A program made the position numbers and the translations under genes. From Hydrurus foetidus (taxonomy: Eukaryota): 38,681 nt of DNA. The stretch's first letter is position 1. Every line of letters begins with the position of its first letter. The DNA is taken from the NCBI GenBank assembly GCA_900617105.1, contig UYFQ01000315.1:124001-162681 (forward strand), given 5' to 3'. Positions 32,747 to 38,681 of the stretch are shown here, piece by piece. Below the pieces are notes generated by a model. It was not told the DNA's origin. It saw only the letters and a list, made by a program, of their open reading frames with translations, and ran no database searches.

Positions 32747-35700
32747 ATGCCTTCATCCGAAGCCTCCTCAAAAATAGCGCCGTCGCTCGCAGAGCTCACT
32801 GCTTTGCCAGCAGCTGTAACGACAGTCGCCACGACAGATCGGCTAGCGCCAGAAGCGCTAGCTCCATCGAATACGACTGAGAGAACGGTATTCCCAGTTA
32901 CAATACTGGGACTTACCAACAGTTTCAATCAGTCACATACTAATCGGCACGACGAAGATGACGTCGACACACCTCATCAGCAAGGCAACGTCACGCTTCA
33001 ATCGTCAGACGATAACACCAACAGTCGTCAACAGACGCGCCCGACCAGCAACGCTCAACGGGATGATGACGATGACGGCGTCGATTCCCATCGCCGTATC
33101 GATTCACCCCCCCAGCGCTTTCTGCGTGCTCGAGGCCGCGACAGTTATGATAATCGAATCCAACGAGGACATTCCTTTGAAGGGGACGATGCTGGCGATT
33201 ATCCCCCCACACCAAACCAACAGAGTGGTAGCGAAGACGGTGGTGACGATAATCGTCACGATAACCGTCAACGCGGGGATAATAATCAACGTCGAGATGA
33301 TCGTCGCCAATCCCACGACGATGATCGAAATAACTACGATTATCAACGTTCTAACAACGATGATCGTCAACATAATAGCGATAATCGTCGTAACTACGAT
33401 GACTCCAACCCCCCCAGGGACAACCGTAATACGGGCCCTTCAGACGGGACGGAGCAGCGTAACAACAACCGTCGCGATAACGACGGATGTCGATACAACG
33501 ATGATCGCCGTAACCAACGTCAGAGCGGCAATCCCCGTCACCAGGACAATTACCGTCAAGATGACGACGGTTACATCAATGACAACGACGGACGTCGAAA
33601 TATCGACAACCACTTCGATGACGATAGCCGACGTCAATACGATGATTGTCAATACAACGACAATCGTCGCAACGACGAGAATCAACGTCAGAATGACGGG
33701 CGTCGCGATAACGACCATCGTCAACAAGACGATAACCTCAACAGGGATAACCGCAGAGACACCTTCCAGCGTCACAGCGATGATCCCCCGAGGGATAATC
33801 GTAACTACGAAGATTCTCGTCATAATGACAACTCGAATAGAGGAAATTATTCGACGAATGCTCGTAATTTCGATAACTTCCGAGACGACACCAACAACAA
33901 CTTCCGTCAGGAAGATGGCAACTCCAACAGGAGAGGTCGTAAGGAACCCCCACAGGGTTATGATGACAGCCCCCCAAGGGAATATCATCAAAATGACGAT
34001 CGTCGTTATCAAGATACCTCAAACAAGGGCAATCGTGATACCGACAGTCGTCAGTACAACGACCACCAGCACGATGAGGAACGTGCGAATGAGAGTCGCA
34101 CGACTCCACGCACGACCGTACGCGGCACCGACAACTCTAGGTTGCTTGAGAGTCGCGACACGCGCATCCCCGACAACGTAGGGACTCTAACCCGCACATC
34201 GGACGCTTCTCGCAAACGCGCGCCACCTCTCCAAGAGGGGTCCACGTCACGCAAGCGACAAGCTTCCCCACCAGGGTCACCGGAACGTCCTACGTACGTA
34301 TGTACGTTCACCGATGACAAGGATTATAACCCTCGTCCCCAACGAGTCATCCAGGAGAGACCAAGGGACACTAGGGTTCCTAACCCACTCCCTCTGGGTC
34401 CTCCAGACATCGTGGTGCTGCCCGCAACTGATCGTACTATCGATTACGAGCTGCAAACGGCAGCGTTCCGTGCGCAAGCTGCAGGGGGCGGTCCAGACCC
34501 CAATGCAGTACATACACCAAAGTACAGACACGATCGTACTTCACCGGTCAATGTACCCACTGTGCAGTTTGCCACACCCAGTGCGGCCTCTACAGCGCTT
34601 GTAGTGGGTGGCCGTGCTGTGGATGACGGCTCACGGCCTATCTCCGCTATTGCCCTTCAGACGGTACTTTACGTTCTCAACGTGAATGCCTCAGGCATTA
34701 TTGGGCAGGAGGCAGCGCGGGAGTTTTATGATCACTCCCAGAGATGGACCAACAATTATGATGTTGGTCAAGCCATCTCGACTAAAGCAATCAGGTGCAT
34801 CGATGATCAAATCCATACGGATCAAGATTATCCATACCCAGAGGCGACACGTAAGGTGTGGCTCCAAACCTTCACGGTCCCACAAGTAGCGGCATTAGTC
34901 CTGCGCTACTTTCGCGCTGACACACAGCTAGGTCAGTCACTGGCTGAGCATTTCTCGAAAGTGCATCTCGCCTTCTGTTATAACAAGAGGGAGATAGAGA
35001 TGCGCTGCATGACTCAGTTTCGTGAGGTAGTTGAGAACCATGTACAAGTGCATGGCACACTCAGCACCTCCGACCATGCGGCACTTACCCTTATTTTGGA
35101 GAAAAAGATGCCCCTTAACGGGGCCATCACCGCCAAATACAAAGAGCATAAGCGCGTCAACCCGCATGACGTGGACGATTGGGAGTTTGCGATGCGAAGC
35201 TTTTTCTCCCAAGTCAACGCCGTACGACAGCTACAGCTGCGCGTAGCGGATTTCGGAAACCCCAACGACATTTACTGTCATCCCGCGAGACATAATCCAT
35301 ATGGGTTGTCTCTCACGACTAATCCCAAAACACTGTTGGTTGGTGCAGCACTCCAAGCATTACCACCACTGGCACTGCCAACAACACCATACCCCCAGTG
35401 TAAGTCGTGTGGACACAGGGACCATGTGTTCAAAAGCTGTCCACACATGTGGATGGTGGACTCGAACGCTAACCACAATGTCCCATGGGACCATTCCAAC
35501 ATGGGTCGCACGTGGGCACAGTACGGTCACGCGACCTACCCTCTCCACGACCGTATCCCCGGTCTGGGTCGCTTCAAGATTCAGATACCACGTCGTGGAG
35601 CAAACTTCACTGACGACGTACTGAAGAGCTCCCAACCTCTAGGAAGATTTTTTTTTAAAAGAAGTTCCAAGGAAACTCCAATCATGGGGAACTTTAACCG

Positions 35701-36274
35701 GAACAACACCAACAAGCCGAGGTACGGTCCGGGTGGTAACAGTACCACGTCGGCCAACATCACCACCATCAACGCAGCCAGCAGTGGCCTACCACTCCTA
35801 TCCCCATACGATGGTACGTTAGTAAATACCGTAGCGATGGATGCATTGGTAGTGGCGATGCATGTTCACACATGTAGCCCTACCGATACACCATCATCAC
35901 TATGTATACTAAACTCTGATGTACACTTAACTGATGCATTTGAGGTCTCTACCCCTCCCAATGCTATATCGGATAACACTAACGATGTTATCCCCACATG
36001 TCTTAATGTGTTACAGCCACCCCATACCTCCCTGCCGCTAATCTCGGGGGTACTGGCGGCGTGCCATAGCCATACCGACATGTCGGAAATACCGCTCACA
36101 GGTACGTTACCGCCTGACTCAATTGTAGCAGCGGTACATTCGACAAAACCTGATGAATTACTTTCATTATTGGTGTTCAAGGATGAACGGAGAACCTTGC
36201 AGGGACACGCCCCCACCACAACCGCGTCATCACCCCAGTCCACGGGACTCCGTCTCGCAGCGCACGCGCTATAA
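32747..36274 (+). CDS. gag: Gag-like polyprotein ORF: long D/N/R/Q-rich disordered region, core domain, CCHC zinc knuckle, spacer
   Basis: The ATG at 32747 (MPSSEASSKIAPSLAELTA) is homologous to the copy 2 start at 38256, so it is preferred over the GTG start in the ORF track. CKSCGHRDHVFKSC (CX2CX4HX4C) at 35399-35440. The ORF ends at a TAA inside the protease motif. Confidence 0.8.
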   Translation: MPSSEASSKIAPSLAELTALPAAVTTVATTDRLAPEALAPSNTTERTVFPVTILGLTNSFNQSHTNRHDEDDVDTPHQQGNVTLQSSDDNTNSRQQTRPTSNAQRDDDDDGVDSHRRIDSPPQRFLRARGRDSYDNRIQRGHSFEGDDAGDYPPTPNQQSGSEDGGDDNRHDNRQRGDNNQRRDDRRQSHDDDRNNYDYQRSNNDDRQHNSDNRRNYDDSNPPRDNRNTGPSDGTEQRNNNRRDNDGCRYNDDRRNQRQSGNPRHQDNYRQDDDGYINDNDGRRNIDNHFDDDSRRQYDDCQYNDNRRNDENQRQNDGRRDNDHRQQDDNLNRDNRRDTFQRHSDDPPRDNRNYEDSRHNDNSNRGNYSTNARNFDNFRDDTNNNFRQEDGNSNRRGRKEPPQGYDDSPPREYHQNDDRRYQDTSNKGNRDTDSRQYNDHQHDEERANESRTTPRTTVRGTDNSRLLESRDTRIPDNVGTLTRTSDASRKRAPPLQEGSTSRKRQASPPGSPERPTYVCTFTDDKDYNPRPQRVIQERPRDTRVPNPLPLGPPDIVVLPATDRTIDYELQTAAFRAQAAGGGPDPNAVHTPKYRHDRTSPVNVPTVQFATPSAASTALVVGGRAVDDGSRPISAIALQTVLYVLNVNASGIIGQEAAREFYDHSQRWTNNYDVGQAISTKAIRCIDDQIHTDQDYPYPEATRKVWLQTFTVPQVAALVLRYFRADTQLGQSLAEHFSKVHLAFCYNKREIEMRCMTQFREVVENHVQVHGTLSTSDHAALTLILEKKMPLNGAITAKYKEHKRVNPHDVDDWEFAMRSFFSQVNAVRQLQLRVADFGNPNDIYCHPARHNPYGLSLTTNPKTLLVGAALQALPPLALPTTPYPQCKSCGHRDHVFKSCPHMWMVDSNANHNVPWDHSNMGRTWAQYGHATYPLHDRIPGLGRFKIQIPRRGANFTDDVLKSSQPLGRFFFKRSSKETPIMGNFNRNNTNKPRYGPGGNSTTSANITTINAASSGLPLLSPYDGTLVNTVAMDALVVAMHVHTCSPTDTPSSLCILNSDVHLTDAFEVSTPPNAISDNTNDVIPTCLNVLQPPHTSLPLISGVLAACHSHTDMSEIPLTGTLPPDSIVAAVHSTKPDELLSLLVFKDERRTLQGHAPTTTASSPQSTGLRLAAHAL

Positions 36275-36544
36275 GACACGGGTAGCATGGCAGGAGATTT
36301 TGTTTCCAAATCATTGCTTGTTTCACTCGATGCACTTACTCATTGTTATGTGTCTCCACAGGCACTTAATGTGTGTAGTGGGCTCGATGACACTTGTTAT
36401 AGGTGTAATACCTTAATCGATTTAGGCCTTATTTTTCTCGATGACAGTAAAATTAAGCACACTATCTATATCACTTTTAGTGTTAATACTTTTGCCCAAC
36501 TGGGTCTGATCATCGGACGCAAGTCCCTTAATCAACACAACTAG
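36251..36544 (+). pseudogene. Retropepsin-type aspartic protease, disrupted
   Basis: AHAL*DTGSMAGDFVS matches the (A)LLDTGS active-site motif with a TAA immediately before the catalytic Asp. The C-terminal LIIGR motif is present. A second stop (TAG) lies at 36542-36544. Confidence 0.8.
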
Positions 36545-37089
36545 TTTGTGCTGACACCGACACGTATGGGCTTCGACCCTACGTTAGTCGAAACGTCTCA
36601 TAGCCTGGATGACATCGGTCTACTTCCCTTAAGGGCAGAGTCCGACATCGGTACAGATTCATATACCGACGTCTGCTGTCATCATGGTATCGCTGTCGAA
36701 CCGCGTAGTCCTTGTAATCAGTGTCGCCTTATTACCGACACTGCTGACAATGGAGACGGAGGTCACTCGAGCACCCATTGTATTCCAACAGTGGGAGAAG
36801 AGTGGGGTCCATCTGCGCTATGGACGGGCAGCGGTCTCGACCGCCCCCCTTCTGAGACCGGGACGAGAGTGCACACAGTAACACTTAACGCCGCGAGCGT
36901 TTTGCCGTGCGGAATCAATCTCAATGGAGATGAGATTGATGATGACAAAACGGATGCGTTTGGTCCGTTTCTTTCTGCATTGATGAGAGACCCTACCCCA
37001 ACAGGTAGGGCGCACGATGTCATCTCGACAATCACCTTTGGTGGGTCGGAAGCTCTGCAATTGGCATGCAGAGCACTTTGTACCGAATT

Positions 37090-37488
37090 TATTGACATCT
37101 TTCAAGATGAGGTGGCCCATGAATCGGCCCGTATACCTCCTTTTGATATTCATCATAAGGCGGCACAATGGGAAGTACCTGGTAACAGGGCCCCGCTCCG
37201 CCCCCAAGCCTCACAGTAAGAGGAGGCGATCCACAATAACCTTGAGGATCTGATACGGATCGGGGTGGTTGAAAAGTCTAATGCGGTATACTACGGTCAC
37301 CCTGTAGTTGTACAGAAGTCACCCGGACAATACCGTGTGTGTATTGACTTCCGGCCACTTAATAACTGTACGGAGTCGGCCAGTTGGCCACTCCCCAACA
37401 TTCCAGCAATGTTTGAACGCATTGGGGCTCGTCAACCTGACATCTTTGGGGTTATGGACTTAACATCCGGCTACCACCAAGCACCCCT
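37090..37488 (+). pseudogene. pol: Reverse transcriptase N-terminal fragment
   Basis: FQDEV...IPPFDI...PLRPQASQ*EEAIHNNLEDLIRIGVVEKS...HPVVVQKSPGQYRVCIDFRPLN...WPLPNIPAMFERIG...FGVMDLTSGYHQAPL. TAA at 37217-37219. No TAF/PFG or YxDD motifs follow. Confidence 0.9.
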
Positions 37489-38202
37489 TGTGGCTCCCTC
37501 AGGTTTTGCTACCCCATTCCGCCGATTAGATGCTGTTTCCACATTAGTATTTTCGTGTTCACAGCCACGACTATTAGTCACTAGCTAGTTTGTGCTGCTT
37601 TGCAGAAGTTACTAGCGTACCTTCTGCTTTCCCCCTAACTAACGAGTCACTTCTAGCCTTTAGATTTTCCTATCTCTTTGCTCTCCATGGTAACAGTAGA
37701 TCTGCTTTCTCTAGTTTGTATTCTTTAGCCTTTATTCCCCCTACTCTAAGCTACCCTCCTCTACGCTACTCTGCTGCCATAACTCTCCCTATTACCCTGC
37801 GTGGAGAATATCGAATTCAATTCGAAATTCACTTTTGCAGTCAATTCTTACTGTCGCGAGCAAGTCTCCGAAGTCTGATTGCTGTATAATTAGTCACTCG
37901 GATTGAGAGTCATCTCCCGATACTTGACTATCGTGTAGTTGCTTGAGTTTCAGCTCAGCAACTCCATATCATTGTGCAGAGTTAATCTCTGCCCATAACT
38001 GGCTTCAAGCTTTGCTTGATTGACATCCGTGGATAGCCTCGTCTTCCACGCCGTTATCGTGGTTGGTCGAGCAAGTCTCCCAATCCCGGCCTATTTTGTA
38101 CGGATTGAATCATTCATCCGTCCAGAACTTTTGTGACTAACTTTGCTTGCCTAACTGCCTGTTTGATTAATCATCCAAACGGCACTAGGCGAAGCTCCTG
38201 CA
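37489..38202 (+). repeat. Putative complete 5' LTR of copy 2 (~714 bp, TG...CA)
   Basis: TG at the RT breakpoint and CA at 38201-38202, followed by ATTTTTT and the PBS. The partner LTR is not in the window, so the 5' boundary is inferred. Confidence 0.55.
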
Positions 38203-38209
38203 ATTTTTT

Positions 38210-38222
38210 TGGCGATCCTCGC
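38210..38222 (+). promoter_or_regulatory. Primer-binding site of copy 2 (TGGCGATCCTCGC)
   Basis: Identical to 32704-32716, in the same position relative to the LTR end and the gag ATG. Confidence 0.6.
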
Positions 38223-38255
38223 TACTTGAAATTTTAAGAAATAAGTCATTTAAAG

Positions 38256-38681
38256 ATGCCTTTATCAGAAGACTCTTCGGAGATCTCGCCGTCGCTAGCC
38301 GAACTCACTGCTCCGTCAGTTAAGGCAACGACGACGATTACGACAACTCAGTCGACACCAACAGCGCCAGCAGCAATAGCTGCGTCTGATAGAACTTACA
38401 GACCGGTATTCCCAGTAACAATACTGGGACCTACCAACAGTTCCAATCAGGCACCACCTAATCGTCACGACGACGCTGACGTTCACACTACGCAACAACA
38501 AAACAACGTCACGTTGCGATCGTCAGAAACCAACACAAATCGTCAACAGACGCGCCCTAACAGCGATGCTGAACGGGATGATGACGACAGCGACACGAAC
38601 CCTCGCCGCCGTATAGATTCACCCCCACAACGATTCCTCCGTCGTAAGGGCCACAACAGTTATGATAACATAACTCGTCGA
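38256..38681 (+). CDS. gag: Gag N-terminus of copy 2 (3'-incomplete; absent from the ORF track)
   Basis: Open to the window end: MPLSEDSSEISPSLAELTAPSVKATT...VFPVTILGPTNS...RQQTRPNSDAERDDDD...RRIDSPPQRFLRRKGHNSYDN. Clearly homologous to copy 1 (SLAELTA, VFPVTILG, RQQTRP, RRIDSPPQRFLR). Confidence 0.85.
   Translation, partial: MPLSEDSSEISPSLAELTAPSVKATTTITTTQSTPTAPAAIAASDRTYRPVFPVTILGPTNSSNQAPPNRHDDADVHTTQQQNNVTLRSSETNTNRQQTRPNSDAERDDDDSDTNPRRRIDSPPQRFLRRKGHNSYDNITRR

Larger units (their letters stand above)
32197..37488 (+). mobile_element. Decayed Ty3/Gypsy-type LTR retrotransposon, copy 1 (LTR remnant-PBS-gag-protease-RT N-terminus)
   Basis: Domain order is Gag CCHC, retropepsin, then RT, all in one frame. 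RT motifs YRVCIDFRPLN, WPLPNI and MDLTSGYHQ are typical of Ty3/Gypsy RT. Three in-frame stops. RT similarity ends at about 37488. Confidence 0.9.
37489..38681 (+). mobile_element. Related LTR retrotransposon copy 2, 5' part, apparently nested in the RT of copy 1; runs off the window
   Basis: Begins TGTGG exactly where RT similarity stops. Shares the LTR 3' part, PBS and gag N-terminus with copy 1. Confidence 0.75.

Noticed and set aside
32958..34181. 407-aa T/I/V/M-rich overlapping ORF in gag
   Set aside because: A shifted-frame by-product of the GAY/AAY/CGT-rich low-complexity region.
35648..35660. T9-A4 slippery site for -1 ribosomal frameshifting
   Set aside because: Gag and pol motifs are already in the same frame, and one shifted frame meets TAA immediately.
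37686..37700. CA|TGGTAACAG as LTR end plus tRNA-iMet PBS
   Set aside because: The match is imperfect and absent from copy 1. TGGCGATCCTCGC, present in both copies just before gag, is the better PBS.
32304..38227. The two 418-bp copies as the paired 5' and 3' LTRs of one element
   Set aside because: Both are followed by a PBS and a gag start. No RNase H, integrase or polypurine tract precedes the second, so both are 5' ends.

Overview
This is a eukaryotic-looking window with two parts. (1) Positions 1-30814 hold the 3' ~30.8 kb of a giant + strand repeat gene. It has roughly 330 units (estimated) of a near-invariant 60-bp core encoding [20 protein letters not shown], joined by variable linkers built from 6-bp dipeptide modules (EV, DA, EA, QV, EI, KV). 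The product would be a ~10,000-aa acidic protein with alternating acidic and hydrophobic residues, ending in a short unique tail (…[25 protein letters not shown]). Its N-terminus lies outside the window. The most striking observation is that, 3' of 24.2 kb, every stop and frameshift in the repeat frame falls inside two blocks of repeat DNA (27096-28037 and 29304-30016). These blocks start with GTGAGT or GTAAGT and end with TTTAG|G, and removing them restores the frame. They are candidate spliceosomal introns made from the gene's own coding repeats. (2) Positions ~32197-38681 hold two related Ty3/Gypsy-type LTR retrotransposons. The first is a decayed copy (LTR remnant, tRNA-Arg-like PBS, Gag with a CCHC knuckle, protease, truncated RT). 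A second copy begins exactly where the first copy's RT stops. The two share a 418-bp hairpin-packed LTR-3'/PBS block that differs at only 2 positions, while the flanks are much more diverged. All calls were made by eye without database searches.
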